Shown: one piece after another, positions 24,250-38,313 of the stretch
How positions within the stretch are numbered: position 1 is the stretch's first letter
Layout: the number at the start of each line of letters is the position of its first letter
From: Octopus vulgaris
Taxonomy: Eukaryota
Assembly (NCBI GenBank): GCA_951406725.2
Contig: OX597817.1
Location: 104,966,001-105,030,000 of the forward strand
DNA: 64,000 nt
Direction of reading: 5' to 3'
Program-made: the position numbers and the translations under genes
The notes under the pieces: generated by a model
Told to the model about the DNA's origin: nothing
Databases searched by the model: none
The model's input: the letters and a program-made list of their open reading frames with translations, nothing else

Positions 24250-26030
24250 GTGGACCGGTTTGTGGGTTATTGCTCTTTCTCTCCTTTCTTAACATTTCGG
24301 TCAGCATTCACCACTCCACTCTCACCACCTCCATCCACTACAAACACACAGACTTACACTCATGTCTCAACTTCTCCTCCCACCCTAAACACACCAGGAT
24401 TTCTACCCCCTATTCCCAATTCCTCTGTCTATGCAGGCTCTGCAGTGTCGACCATGACACTGAAACTCAGTCTCAACTCAAGGCTCGCCACTTCATCCTA
24501 CGTGGATATCCCCTCACCACCCTCCATATCGCCCTGGCCAGAGCACATTCCGAGGACCGTGCATCTGCTCTCTCCCCCGCACCCACCCCGCCGTCTCCCG
24601 TCTCCCGTTTCCTCTCACCTACCACCCCACCACCTTACCTTTCCAACGCACCATTCTCCGAGCCTTCCGGCGACTCCAGTCAGAATTCTCCACTTCGCAC
24701 ATCTTCCCTAGCTGACTCTTCCCCTCTTCAAACGAGCCCACAATCTACGAGACCCCTTGGTCTACAGCTACTTCCCTAACCCAACCTCCCAACCCGGTTC
24801 GTTCCCCTGCTCCCTCCCACGCTGCCGCACTTGCTCTTACTTCTCCATCACCACCCTCTCCTTACCGGCACCCATCATCGACCCTATCATATCACTGACT
24901 CCTTCATCAGCACTTCTACAAATGTCATCTACTGCATCTACTGCTACCTCTTTTCTCATCTCTATACATCGAGCAAAAGGGACGCTGCTTGGCTGACCGG
25001 TTTGCGGAACACCTCCGAGATATCCGCCTCGGCAATGACACCCCGATGTCGCTTCATTTCTGCTCTACCAGTCACTTTTTCCAACACCTGTCTGTTTTCG
25101 GATTGTCCTTGCACAGGGGCCCTCCGGACTCCCGTTTTCGCTGTGAACAGGGATTAATCTTCTCTCTTTGCTCCTTTGCGCCACATGAGCTCAACTCTTC
25201 TACCCTCTTCATCTAATTCTCCTCCCTTATCCTCTCTCCCTGTCAAACCTACTTCCCCCACCCACCTCTCCTCTCTCCCTGTCACACCTACTTCCCCCAC
25301 CCACCTCTCCTCTCTTGCTCCGACTCCTACTTCTCTTCATTCCTACTCTGCTTCTCTCTTCTCTTCACTCCTACCCACCTTCTCCCTTCTCCCTCTCCCT
25401 TCATCCTCACCCCTCCCTCGTAACCCATCCCTATACAATCCAACCCCACCTTCCCTATCCATCCCATCCCACCTACCGCATCCCTTACACCCACTCCCAC
25501 ATACCCCACCTCTACCCCTACCTTCAACCTAACCCACACCTCACCCTTGCTTTCGCCACTCTCGCCTCCCCCACGTCCCAACACCACCCACCACATCACC
25601 ATCCCATACACCACCATACCATACCACACACATCACACCACCACGCACACACTAGCACTGACCACTTTCCAGCCCCACACCATCATTCACACACCCACAA
25701 ATACACACACACGTCAAGGTCACCAGCCCTCTTCCACACGCACATACATGCTCTCTTATATACGCGCACGTGCACCTTCCGTTTTGGGATTACCACTATT
25801 TTATTATCTCCCCTTCTTCCTAGCTCTCCTGTGTGACCCCGCTGTCCGGCATTCGCCACTACACATTCTTTATTTTCTCTCCTTGTTTCTTTCTGTGTTC
25901 CTTTCTGTGGAAGAGCGTAGGCTCGAAACGTTAAAGACTTTTTCACTTCCCGAGCGTTAAACTAATACATCTGTTTTTTGTCTACACCACCCCTCTTCGT
26001 CTTTTGTTTTTTTCCCGAATTCTCCCCCTA
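24250..26030 (+). mobile_element. Penelope-like element 3' part (RT C-terminus, GIY-YIG remnant, pyrimidine-rich pLTR)
   Basis: LSFLNISV...HYKHTDLHSCLNFSSHPKHT...PYSQFL...RGYP; FPCSLPRCRTC; STNVIYCIYC; LADRFAEHLRDI; stop at ~25216; the pLTR ends with an HHR-like motif at 25901. Confidence 0.87.
25901..25936 (+). ncRNA. Minimal hammerhead-like motif, A6U variant, in a Penelope pLTR
   Basis: CTTT-CTGTGGA-A-GAGC-gtag-GCTC-GAAAC-GTT|AAAG, downstream of the Penelope ORF. Confidence 0.62.
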
Positions 26031-26866
26031 TACATATACACATACATACAAACATACATACGTACATACATACATACATACATACATACATACATACACA
26101 CATACACACACACACACATACATATATATAAAGTTATATTTCCAAATTAGGTTGGTAGGGATATACAATCCTAGTTGGTACCATATTCACTTTTACCAAT
26201 TAATAATTTTGGCTAGCTTCTGTGAATGTACAAAAACAGTCTAGTTTGTTTATTTTACTGTTCTCAGTAGATCTTCACGTCGGTAAATCCATGTCTCTAT
26301 AGAGACTGCATGCTGTCGGTAGAGAAGAAATAATAAATTAATAATAAGGAGAACAGAGATTTATATATCCAGTTTTATTCTGCTGTCAATCACGTCTTTC
26401 CATTTCTGCTGCAATTTTGAGCACACTGCAAATTTTTGCACATTGGTGTTATTGCCACTTCTTCAGGGTGCTATTAACAGCGTTTCAGATCCCATCTGAA
26501 CTAAATGGAAGTCCAACCAAAATATTTCATACACGTGGTGTTAGTATTCTAAAAATAGCCTAAATTCTGACCTTTTCAAATCTGCTGGTTAGAAAAACAA
26601 GTGACTCGCTACCCAAGAATGGGTCAGTAGCCAGCAAATGTATTTTATCCTTCGAATGGTGAATGGTAGTATATTTTGTATCAGGTTACTTAGTGTGTGT
26701 TGATGAATAATTGTTCACTGGGATTACCAGTAAGAAAGTCATTGTTGATATATATATAAACGTGTATGTCTAAAAGGCAATTAGATTTACTAATTTCTCA
26801 CTGGTAATGCCTTCCCTGTATACTGCAAAAATATTTTATCTCAAATAAACTGCATTTTATATTCGA

Positions 26867-26947
26867 GGTTCCGATGAAGCTATAGGCTGTTATTCAAGCA
26901 CTCAACTAAGTGTTCACTGCATCTTATAGCAGAAACAGTTGTAAGCT
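26867..26947 (+). ncRNA. Type I hammerhead-like motif, U4C variant
   Basis: GGTT-CCGATGA-A-GCTATAGG...CTTATAGC-A-GAAAC-AGTT-GTA|AGCT. Confidence 0.55.
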
Positions 26948-26959
26948 AATGAAGTTCAT

Positions 26960-27780
26960 AACATAACCATTGTTTTCCCTGAAAATCCAAGCTTATCCTG
27001 ACTGACGGTTAGGCATTTACTTACAAAACCAAGCGCTCCAATTATTATTGGTATAAATGTAAATTTGTAATTTGGATATAGTAGCAAGAGGTTTTGAAGT
27101 AGTTGTCCATAGGTATCTTCTTTTTCTTTGATTTTCGGAGATATTCACCTCAGCAGGGCAGCTGACCTCTATGATGGTGCATACTTTTTCTTGTCTGTCT
27201 CAAACAACAATATCCGACAAATATTTTGATGGGAATGTTCCACCAGTACTCATTGTGTTAGTATTTGCGTACGTATTCAACAACAGGGGGATTCTCTGTA
27301 TTTATTCCAGGATAGTCTTTTCTTTCCGAATGGCATTGTTCATCATTTTTGCGACAATGTCATGTCGCATTGGGGAGGTAGTACCGTGATAACATTTTTG
27401 GGCGGCTGCTAATCACATGTGTGATATGTTCCACAGAAATATGACATAATCTACACTGACGGTTGCATCTTGGAACTCCAAGGGCTTCACTGTCTCTTTT
27501 GTTGGTATTTAGTAGCAATTTCCTGTTTAGTACAGAAAATGCATAACCTTCGAAGTGTGATGTGATATAGCGGTCAAAAGTCCAAGAGTGGCTTCCTTTC
27601 ATGTCAATGCTACTATCTTCTTCAAGTCTACGAGAAACATACCCATGCATGGTCTTTCTTTTTTCTCTGGTATGCTGACCGTTTTACCTTCAGGTCTTCT
27701 TTGAGGTATGTTGATTTGGGGTTGTATGGAAGGTCATCAGGAAGAGAGTACTTCCCGAGGAGCTTATTTCCAACACGTAG
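26960..27780 (-). mobile_element. R4/Dong-type LINE 3' fragment, decayed
   Basis: SHFEGYAF; CRLCHISVEHITHVISS (CCHC remnant); DIVV; YKFTFIPIIIGALGFV. Confidence 0.8.
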
Positions 27781-27781
27781 G

Positions 27782-27987
27782 ATGTATGTATGTATGTATG
27801 TATGTATGTATGTATGTATGTATGTATGTATGTATGTATGTATGTATGTATGTATGTGTGTGTCTATGTATGCATGCATGCATGCATGTATGTATGTATG
27901 TATGCATGTATGTATGTATGTATGTATGTATGTATGTATGTATGTATGTATGTATGTATGTATGTATGTATGTATATATGTATGTAT
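27782..27987. repeat. (TATG)n microsatellite
   Basis: Direct inspection. Confidence 0.95.
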
Positions 27988-28234
27988 AGAAAACTATTGC
28001 ATACGTTATTTTATTGATAATTATTATATCTAGCAAAATTATGAGTAACAGCTTTTTTCATGGAACTCAAAACTGTCTTAACTTTAGATTATGTTTTTAA
28101 AAATCTACTGTGCATCAAGATGTTCCTTGTATGCATTAACTTTACGGTGGTGCAACAATTTTCAAACAATTGCTTAAGACCAAGACCGAACAGAATATAT
28201 TCTAATTTTCATTGCAATTTGGAAAATATCTTTT

Positions 28235-28620
28235 ACTTGTTTTCAGTCTTTAGACTGCAGCAATGCTGGGGTACCGCCTTGAAGAACTTCTAGTGGAATG
28301 AATCGACCCCAGTACTTTTTTAAAGCCTGGTACTTATTCTATCGGTTGTTTTCACGAATCACTAGTTCATGGGGATGTAAACATACCAATACCGGTTGTC
28401 AAGCGGTGGAGGGGTACAAACAAACACTCACAACACACGCACAAGCACGCACGTACGCACACACATACGCACGCACGCACATGCAGGCGCATTTTCTTAC
28501 ATAGCTTCGGGCTGAAGCTATGGTAGAAAAGACTTGCTCTATGTGCTACGCTGTGGAACTGAACCCGGAGCCATGTGGTTGGGAAGCAAGCTTCTTATCA
28601 CACAGTCATGCCTGCGCCTA
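28235..28620 (-). mobile_element. tRNA-derived SINE family A
   Basis: Minus-strand head TAGGCGCAGGCATGACTGTGTGATAAG...GGGTTCAGTTCC and the family 3' blocks. Confidence 0.8.
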
Positions 28621-29571
28621 TTTGAAGAATACTAAGAATACTAGGTTCCTCTTGCCAAGTGTTTCATTAACTTCAAGAGATTTTTGATAACATTCATAAG
28701 AGCTGCTTCTGGTAGGTACATATAACCTTTGTGCAGATTCCCTTGAAAGAATGCCTAATGCTGTCTAAGAGCTAAATAGGGTTTCGTTGCGTTGTTCAAG
28801 GGTTATCAGAATTACGCCAAAGCCGTTTGTCGTAACCAGTGTTTGGATGTTTAAAACAACTACAGTAAACCAAGCGTTCACTGACTAAAGAAGAATTTGT
28901 CTGATTAGTGCTTCTCAAAGGTTTTTTTTTTAATCTAGGGCTCCCTTTGATTCCTATTTTACTCGGATGGACCCTCCTCGCCATTCGATGTTTAAAAAAT
29001 CATTATATTTTTATAATTAAATATTATTAAGAATTGTATAAAAATAATTGGTAAAATATTTTGTGTATTGTAGAGGTCTAACCAATATATTGTAAATAAA
29101 TTTTTACAACAAAATCTTATGTGGACTCCCAGGGACTATGTGCCGCGAAGAAAAGAACGAACGAATTTATCTGACAACTCAATAGTAAACCAAAAATTTA
29201 AAAAAAGAACAGTCCTGTTTATATATCCCAACTTTTTAGAGTACTTTTTATTAAATGTACCATTTCCCCTTAGTTTTTTCACTTGTGCTCTTACGTTACT
29301 AGTGCCATTTTTACTTAGATCCCAGGAAAATATTAGTTTATTTGAAACACTAACTCTCGGAGCAGACAATGGTAGAACAGCTGTCAGGTGATGTGGCGTC
29401 GTTTACAGGTTATTTTTTTTTATAACTTTATCATTTGCTTCGAAATCCAATGTTCCAAAAAAGAGTTATTTCACGTTCTCTCGAAGTTTATAAAGTCTTA
29501 TGACGTCAACGAATTTATTTATTCATTGTCTTTCTCTATTGCCCGTGACTGCGATTCAGCAGTCACGGGCA

Positions 29572-29684
<113 letters not shown>

Positions 29685-30493
29685 TAAAACTAAATTTCCC
29701 TGTAATTATACTCTTTAATGAGAGAACTTCTAAGTTCAACCTTCTAAAAATAGTAGCTAAATATCCCTCAAATTATATCCTATTGTCTTAAAAAAGGATT
29801 ACCTGAATAATGTAGTCCTAAGTACAGTATAAACCGAATAAAACAAAGCGAGGTGTTCGAAGCTAAAATATATTTTTGGTTATAGGTCTGTCCAATCAGA
29901 GTGAGAACAATGATTCTCTGAATAGCAAATTCTGGGCAGAAAAGGTAAGGAAGACAACTCTGAAAATTTAATTAAAATCAAATATAAACTGTAGTTGGAG
30001 GGGAGTCTCAAGTATAATTAAGGAATGATATATATAGTAACACTTGTTGCACGAAAATATAACAAGAAAGTGACCAGTGGCTATTAGAAGTAATAATTAA
30101 AGAAATTCCAAAATTACAGAACATTGACTAATGTGGTCTTCCTTTTTCAGATAGTAGAACACTGATTTGGGATAGATTTGACAACTATTTCTAGCAGGCT
30201 GAGCAGCGGATATCTTCGTGAAGATCACTCATTGTATCCTCACAGTTGTCAAATCAATTTCTTAAAACCTTCGCGTCAAAAAGCAGATTGTGTTAGAAAG
30301 TAATCCAAAATTGTGTGTGTGAATCAGCAATGTTCTGTCGTTTACGAGACACGTTACAAGTAAGTTTTGGGTTCAGTAGTCAGGTCTGCATTAAATTCAC
30401 GTTAGATCGAAGGATAGGCTAAATGTAGACTCCGAGCCACATTATATAGCGAAAAAATGCTGGAAAGACATTTTGATATTTGTGGTTAGTTTA

Positions 30494-30710
30494 AGGCGGC
30501 GAGCTGGCAGAATTGTTAGTACACCGAGCAAAATGCTTAGCGGCATTTCGCCCGTTTTTACGCTCTGAGTTCAACTTCCGCCAGGGTCGACTTTGCCTTT
30601 CATCTTTTGGGGTCGATAAAACAAGCCCCAGTCAAGCACTTGGGTTGATGTAAAAGACTTAGCTTCTCCCTCAAAATTCCTGGCCTTGTGCCAAAATTTG
30701 AAACCGATAT
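30494..30710 (+). mobile_element. tRNA-derived SINE family B
   Basis: AGGCGGCGAGCTGGCAGAATTGTTAG...GAGTTCAACTTCCGCC...GTCGACTTTGCCTTTCATC. Confidence 0.82.
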
Positions 30711-31669
30711 TTGTGGTTCGCCTAACGGTCACAGCTATTACAAGGGAGATAATCATTTTGTCATAGTACGAGGCAAGATTGAAATTTGTAATTGAAATTA
30801 CGGAATTATCAGGAAGAATGCACATAATTTACTTATTTAATCTTTCTTTAATACGTGGAAAAATACGTGAATTCTATGCATCTTTGTCCTTATAATTCTT
30901 TAATTCTAATTCCGCCTAATATTTTTGATATTTTTATACCTTTGTATATACACAGGTTCCAATGAGTTAATCACTCAGTTCTACAGTACATCTACCGCTG
31001 TACTGAAAAGGTATGGGATCAAATCATTGAAGCAGGTTTGTAACAATAATATATTTCGGTTTGGCTAAGAGATAGGTGAACAAGAAATCTGCGTGAAATT
31101 CCAGATTAAAAAAATATATTTATGGCCAGCAAAAATGTTATCCTTAAAACGACCGACAGAAAGGCAATTATTTATGGCAAGTGATCAGTTTGTGTGTGTC
31201 CATGAGAGATAAAGTATCAGCAATGACAGAAGCTGTCGTTGTGTGAACGGAATTTCTCATCGTTGTTAATCTTGGCTGTTATATGACCACTGGCTAGTTA
31301 GCAGATGAATAAACTATATATAGCTAATATCCATCGAAGAAAGGTGCCAAAGACAAAATTGTAAATGAGATTTAAAAAAATGGTTGTTTACAACAGAGAT
31401 TTCATGGGTTAAACATCGGCTGGGGATATTATTTTGCTGATCAGTTCAGCTATTGATAAAAACAAGTTCATAATGTTTCTACAAGAGATTTGAGTGGTCG
31501 GTTCTTAGTTGATGCCTTCAGTCCTTGATAGAACCCTGTTTCTGTTACTTAGTTATTTTTACGTCTGAACAAAGTGTTTCGAGTTCGATTTCTATATAGA
31601 AGTATAGAAATATACAAAAAAATGTTTCCTGTCTTTCTCTTTATGCGTGTGTGTGTGTGCGTGTGTGTA

Positions 31670-31721
<52 letters not shown>

Positions 31722-31727
31722 GTATAT

Positions 31728-31952
31728 AGGCGTAGGCATGACTGTGTGGTAAGAAGCTTGATTCACAATGACATGGTTCCGGATTCAGTCCTACTACGTG
31801 GCACCTTGGGCAGGTATCTTCTACCATAGCCCCGGGCCAAGCAAAGCCTTGTGAGTAGATTTGGCAGACGGAAACTGAAAGAAGTATGTATGTATGTATG
31901 TATGTATGTATGTATGTATGTATGTATGTATGTATGTATGTATGTATGTATG

Positions 31953-32003
<51 letters not shown>

Positions 32004-32609
32004 TCTGGGGAGTCATTCTATTTTAATGCTTTATTAATTAACACACTCACCGGTTCTAGTCCCACTCATATACTTATTTATTGTTTCTAAAATCTTCGTT
32101 GATATATATATATATATATGGGCGTGTGTGTATATATACATGTGTATGTGTATATATGTGTGCATATGTATGTATATATATGTATGTATATGTATATATG
32201 TATATATGTGTATATATACATATATGTATATATATGTGTGTGTGTGTGTATGTATGTGTGTATGTATATGTGTGCGTGTGTGTGTATATATATACATATG
32301 TGTATATGTATAAGTGAGAATCTCCTTATTTACCTAAAACTCTATTCTTCTATATATTTTTCTATATATTTTTTTATTCTTTTATTTTATTTATTCTTTT
32401 ATTTATTCTTTTATCTATTTTACCACTGACTCCTTGACCACTCCCCCAAGTATGATATTTTTGCGCTATGCCTACCCCAAAAAGTCCCCACCCCCCCCTT
32501 TAAACCTGCCTAAATGTATAAATGCCAATACAATTCTTGTTAACTAGCTTCCTGATGATTTCTCTTGAATGAAACAGTTCTAGTCCTGTAGAAGCTCCTT
32601 CTATATAAT

Positions 32610-32666
<57 letters not shown>

Positions 32667-32945
32667 AGTGGATTTGGCAGACGGAAACTGAGAGAAGCCC
32701 GTCATGTGTGTATATATTTTTGTGTGTGTGTCTTTATGTCTATGTTTGTTGCCCCACCATCGCTTGACAACCAATGTTGGTGTGTTTACGTCCTCGTAAC
32801 ATAGCGGTTCGACAAAAGATTCCGATATAATAAGTACTAGGCTTTCAAAGAATAAGTCCTAGGCTCTATTTCTTAGACTAAAAACCCTTTAAGACGGTAC
32901 TCCAGCATGGCCGTAGTCAAATGACTGAAACAAGTAAAAGAATAA
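31728..32945 (+). mobile_element. SINE family A split by microsatellites and an HHR-bearing insert
   Basis: Head 31728-31883 and body/tail 32665-32945; GATTTGGCAGACGGAAACTGA occurs on both sides of the interruption. Confidence 0.72.
32546..32596 (+). ncRNA. Type I hammerhead ribozyme
   Basis: AGCTTC-CTGATGA-T-TTC-tctt-GAA-T-GAA-ACAG-ttctagtc-CTGT-A|GAAGCT: 6-bp stem I, 4-bp stem III, GUA site. Confidence 0.82.
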
Positions 32946-33384
32946 AAGAATTTATATACACACACACACACATTTATATGCATGTATATATAAAGCAAAA
33001 TGAAATTATATCTGAATAAGTGTCAAAAGAGTGGTAAGGCCAAAAGTTGAGCTTATGGGGGTATTGTTTCTATTAAGGTTACTGAGATGGAAAAATCTGG
33101 AAAAGGTAATTTTCTTCCTTCCATGCGAGTCAACGTGCTTTTGTTTTAATTATAGTGGGTGTATACGTACAGGTGTTGGTAAATTTTGCGCGTGTGTGTG
33201 TGTGTGTGTGTGTATGTGTGTGTGCATCTGTATGTGTATACTAACAATATACATACACATTTAGGTACGTAGATACATACACATATATGTATGCACACTC
33301 TTATACATACATACATACATACATACATACATACATACATACATACATACATACATACATACATACATGCATACATACATACAT

Positions 33385-33572
33385 ATTACAAGTTCAGATT
33401 TATACCCGTAATTATTGGGGTACTGGGATATATAACACACTGTCTAATTACCAATTTTGAGAAATTAGGCTTCTTAAAACTAGAAGGAGGAAAGCTGATT
33501 CGTTGACTACAAATCTAACCCATCACTGGATCTGCAAAAATCTGTAAAGCTTTCCAGAAGTTTATCATTTAG
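33385..33572 (+). mobile_element. R4/Dong-type LINE extreme C-terminal fragment
   Basis: [20 protein letters not shown]...KLGF...GSAKICKAF, homologous to 26960-27080. Confidence 0.7.
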
Positions 33573-33868
33573 GTATATGTGAACATGCCTAGATATGCAA
33601 GTATATGCATGAGAATGCATACATAAAACAAAACATACAAATCTGCTCGCATACATACACCCATACATAAATACATACATACATACATACATACATACAT
33701 ACATACATACATACATACATACATGCAAAAATACTCTGTTGTTTGTGTTGAAATTCTAATGAAGGAACCTCGGATCTAGATTAGAAACCGGTTTTTTATT
33801 GGCAAGAAATTTTGAAATAAAACTGAATTATCATACACACAAACACACAATGACGCGCGCGCGCACAC

Positions 33869-33921
<53 letters not shown>

Positions 33922-34011
33922 TGAGCACTCAGTATTTACCCACAATATAACTACAGCACATTAAAAATACAATATTACCTTTTCAGCTTCCTTTCTTAGA
34001 TTATTTCAGTA

Positions 34012-36580
34012 CTAGCTCAATGACCCGGCGTTGCCCGGCTTAATGCTGTTCTTATTCAGATTAGTGAAAAATGAATATGAAGATATATTTTTTTCTCATA
34101 ATTATTTTAAAATATCTATATTCTATTTTTTAAAAATCCAAATTGTAATGCTAATAGAATTAAGAACTGAAAATCTGTTATTCATGAAGCACCTCAGGGT
34201 AAACAATATTCAAGGTGTCCAAATGAATAAATTGTTGAAACTTTCAACTAGTGAGCAAGCAACATTGAGTTGGAGTGGGAGAAGCATGTAGTAAAGAGAT
34301 CACGTGCAACTACTTTAAGGGATCGATCCTGAGATTTGTTGATTGAAATAGCAAAACTTAGTTCGATTGGAAACTGAAGCCTCTTATACTCAAATAGAAC
34401 ATCTGTAGGTATGAGAGGAATCTTTGGAATAAAAAAATTTTCTCCTTTGGGACTACCTCTTATGATTGTTGCCTCTAGGACATGGGGCTTCATGGAAGTA
34501 AAAATTAAGCGAGTTCCATTACACAGGTGAGATGAGTCAAGATTCCTAAGCAAAATAATGAGGACACCCAGCTTTAGTGTTAAGTTATGCGGTGGCATCC
34601 CAGTGGGTTTGTGTGTGTTCAGAAATTCAACAGGGTATTGAACAGAATGATCTTGATCGACTGTTGTGTCAATTGATTGAAAAGTCATTTCTGATGTATC
34701 TGTTAACTATGGAAGAATTTCATGATTGAGTTTACCAACCATTTCATTAGATGGAACCAGAATAAGTCTTTCACATAGCCAGTTTACATCAGTGTAATTG
34801 ACAGTTCATGCAGCTGAAGTCTTGGGTTGAATGTTAATATCGCATGACCAATCTTAAGAAGCTCCTCTGAGAATTCACCAGCTGTATGGTTACCTTGTAG
34901 AAATTCTGTCATGTTGCTTGTGAGATGAAGTTTTTACACATTTTTCCAAAGATACGACTTTTTCAAGCATGCATTGATCTCATCAGCTTTTGATCCTTTG
35001 GGGGATAACTGGCAATGTTTGACGAAAATCTCCTGCAAGGACTGTTACTCCTCCCACGAACGGGCTATTGTTTTTTTATGTCTTAGAGGGTACAGTCAAG
35101 TGCCTCTAGAGCTCTACGATATGACATAGTGCACTCATCCCAAACAATGAAGCGAGTTTGTTGGAGAACTGTTACCATTGCAGAGCTTTTGGAAATGTTG
35201 CACATTTGAGATTCTTTTTCAGGGAGCTTGAACAAGGAATGAGCAGTTCTCCCCCTCCCACTTCCTTGAGCTGCAATACCAGGAGATGCAACAGCTAAGG
35301 AATGTCTTTCCTGTACCACCAGGAGCATCCAAGAAGACCATCCTCTCTTTCATGCTTGACTGCATCGTGATTGTATCATATGCATACCTTAGCAATTGTT
35401 GAAGCTTAGGCTCATTTTTCTGTGACAAACTGTGCTAGAGCATCTAAATTGTAGGAAGTTTCTCCGAGAATTTCACGGCACAAATTTTGTTGTTGTGGTC
35501 TGTTGGTAGATGGCAATCCATACTCATTTAGATCTTTCCCTCCCAAAGGATGGAGTTTGTTCTCAAGCTGTATCAAAGTCTCATTGAGAATATAGTAATT
35601 TAATTGAAGGCCAAAGTTTGGATTTTCCCTTTGCGCACGATTGAGAACATTTTCACTTAGTTCATGCTTGTGATTCTCCTATAGCCGTTTAGGATTGGAT
35701 AGGTCACGTGTGTGAAGCATTATTGCAAATAAATTCTTCAGCTGGGTGGGAGAACTTGAAACAGCAGCTTCAGTTAACGTGTCATCCCAATGAGAATCAC
35801 TTTCTAACAGTGACATGATTCACGACAAGTTTCGCATAGTTGACTATTAACCATTCTCAGATCGTGAAAAGACTTTGGTCCTCTAGTCACGTGAAGTAAC
35901 ATGCGAAGAAAATAGCATTCAAAGTTGTTTGGATGTACAGTATAGACCCTTCCGAGTGCATCATCTTTCTTAATTCCAGGCCATCCTTCAACGTCTCTCC
36001 CTCTTGCCCTCCTCTTCCACATCTTATTAGTTTGAATCCATGTATAGAAGTTTGGGACTTGTTGGTAGAGTAATGTTACAGCAAACGAGTCATGGTTATC
36101 AAAGTTTAAAGAAAGCAGTAAGTGTTGTTTCTGGAGGAGTTTGCATTACGGCAAGATGAACTACTGCTGGATACCTTTCATGAATTGGAAAATTGAAAAG
36201 TACCCATGCTGCCTCATTGCTGCTAATATATTGACCCATCTGGTAACATGTTAGCTCATCATTTTTATCTATATCTTTTAGCCCGATCATTGCCATATCA
36301 CATCCGTTATTTATATACTTACAAACATACTCGATTGATTTGAAAGAATTGCAAAATTCCACATTCCGCGTTGAAAATTTTGCAAAATATTGGATATATG
36401 GAACAATCCACTTGTTATCAATTTCTGATTGACAATTCTTTCGTACTCTAAGGCTTGCTCTGAATCCTCCCTGGCATGGTTTACGACATCTGTAAAGTGG
36501 ATAACCATTATATTCCGTTTGAGTTTCATCTAAAAATTCCTTTGGATAGTGTTTGTAAATTGACAAGAACAATTACCAAA
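34012..36580 (-). mobile_element. Helitron RepHel remnant (Rep C-terminus + PIF1-like helicase) with intact 3' terminus
   Basis: YPLYRCR, DNKWIVPY, KYINNG, ISSNEAAW, GRVYTVHP...YFLRMLL, Walker A DAPGGTGKTFL, GRTAHS, IVWDECTM, GDFRQ, LCNGTRL, RLQFPI...INKSQ. 3' hairpin CCGGGCAACGCCGGG followed by CTAG|T at 34012. Many frameshifts. Confidence 0.93.
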
Positions 36581-37858
36581 CAGCAACAGATGACCCTAAT
36601 ATTGCAGAGAAAATTTCAGATGCTGAAGAAATCATTCAGTTTTCTCAAGCTCAGCTTGATGAACAAAAGCCTCGTGATGATTACAAGGAATTGCTCGAGC
36701 TAACGCTCATTTTCCTCGGTAGTATCCCTAAGTCAGAGGCTTATCACAGAGCTTATCACCCGGAGCTTATCACAGAGCAGGATGGATGGCCAAGCTAATT
36801 TACTTGCATTAAAATTTGGATGTTTAAATCTCAGTTTAAACTAACTGAAAGAGAGGAAAAAGGACTGAGAGATGGTTTCTGCTTTTCAGCTGCGATACAC
36901 ATCAGATTGTGGTACCTGGCATCCAGACCCTCATGCGCCTCCCAGTTCAGATTTTCATTTTGTGGAAAGTCTGCAGCTCTACATGCAAAAGGAGGACAAA
37001 ATTGCTAGTGCTGCACTCAATAAGTCTTTGAGACATTTGTGATACCTCTCTGAGGAGTTTGTGGCGCTTGCATTTTTTGATTCAGCTGTTTTACATGAGA
37101 CAAAAAGCAAAATGAAGCATGCTCTGCAGAAACCACTTGACTCAAAACCGAGCAAACGAGCATCAATAAAACCTGAATCAGCTGGGCAGAAACAACTGCA
37201 GGATTTCATTTTTGCCAATACAACAAAATTCTTTGAAATCCTAGAAGTGCCTTGCACTTTTCTTGAAAAAGACGCTGAAGAATGGAATGATGATGAAAGT
37301 TATGCAAATGCAAAAGATATCGCACATGGACTCAAAGTGGTAAACGACACTGTGAAAAGAGGTGTACGACTGATGGAGGAATACAACAAATTGATAACCA
37401 ATGATGAAGAGGAGAAACTATACCTTCTTCAAATTATAAAAGTTACAGGCCATCACTCTCAAACAAAAACAAGAAAACATTATTCTTGCTTCAAAAAAAC
37501 AAAAATAAACTTACATAAGTGGTTATTATATGCCTACTGGGGAAATTCCACATAAAAAAAAGTTAGCACGCTATACGCTGTACCTCACTACGTACTATAG
37601 CCTAGAATGTCATCGTTTTTCTTCAAACTAGCTTAACTAGGTACATATCAAACCGGTTCTGGCGAGAATATCAACAAAATATTTTTGAGCACAAACTGAT
37701 ATACATTTATTTTTAAAGCTTGGTAGCAACCTCTAATTTTCTTTCTTTCAACCCCAAATTTCGCATACAATGCTTTCTTGGGAACATGAATAAAATAGGA
37801 GGGTGTCTCCCTGAAAATTGAAAAAAGAAACTTTTGAGCCCCTTTTTTGCATCACCCT
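36581..37858 (+). mobile_element. DNA transposase C-terminal remnant with right end (Sola2-like, tentative)
   Basis: PRDDYKELLELTLIFLG, PGAYHRARWMAK, HL*YLSEEFVALAFFD, LKVVNDTVKRGV. Ends ...GCATCACCC before a TA array. Superfamily call is from recall, not a search. Confidence 0.6.
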
Positions 37859-37915
<57 letters not shown>

Positions 37916-37919
37916 TTTT

Positions 37920-38125
37920 ATTCTTTTATTTGTTTCAGTCATTTGACTGTGGCAATCCTGGAGCACCGCCTCAAAGGGTTTTAGTCGAAAAAATCGAACC
38001 CAGGACTTATACTTTGTAAGCCCAATACTTATTCTATCGATGTTTTGCCGAACCGCTAAGTTATGGGGACATAAACACACCACCATCGGTTGTCAAGTGA
38101 TGGAGCGGGGACAAACACAGACACA
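37920..38125 (-). mobile_element. SINE family A, 3' half
   Basis: TTGTTTCAGTCATTTGACTGTGGC...CCGCTAAGTTATGGGGAC...GGACAAACACAG. Confidence 0.8.
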
Positions 38126-38313
38126 CACACACACGCACACATAAATACACATTTTGTTGGCAAATAAACTGTACTGTTCGGTACTGGTACTGCTTATCTC
38201 TCGCTCAGAGATTTAGTTGATTCCTTCTTTAGGAGATCAACGACTGTGTGTCGCTTTAAAAAATATATAGTATGAGCAAATCGAATAATCCTTCATCAGT
38301 AGCCTGTGATTGT

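Noticed and set aside
28796-28984. 62-aa ORF MARRVHPSK...
   Set aside because: No recognisable domain and no convincing splice sites.
33750-33800. CTAATGA...GAAACCGGTT hammerhead-like text
   Set aside because: G5 is mutated and stem I does not pair.
38270-38302. Minus-strand CTGATGAAGG
   Set aside because: No GAAA strand or stem III at a suitable position.
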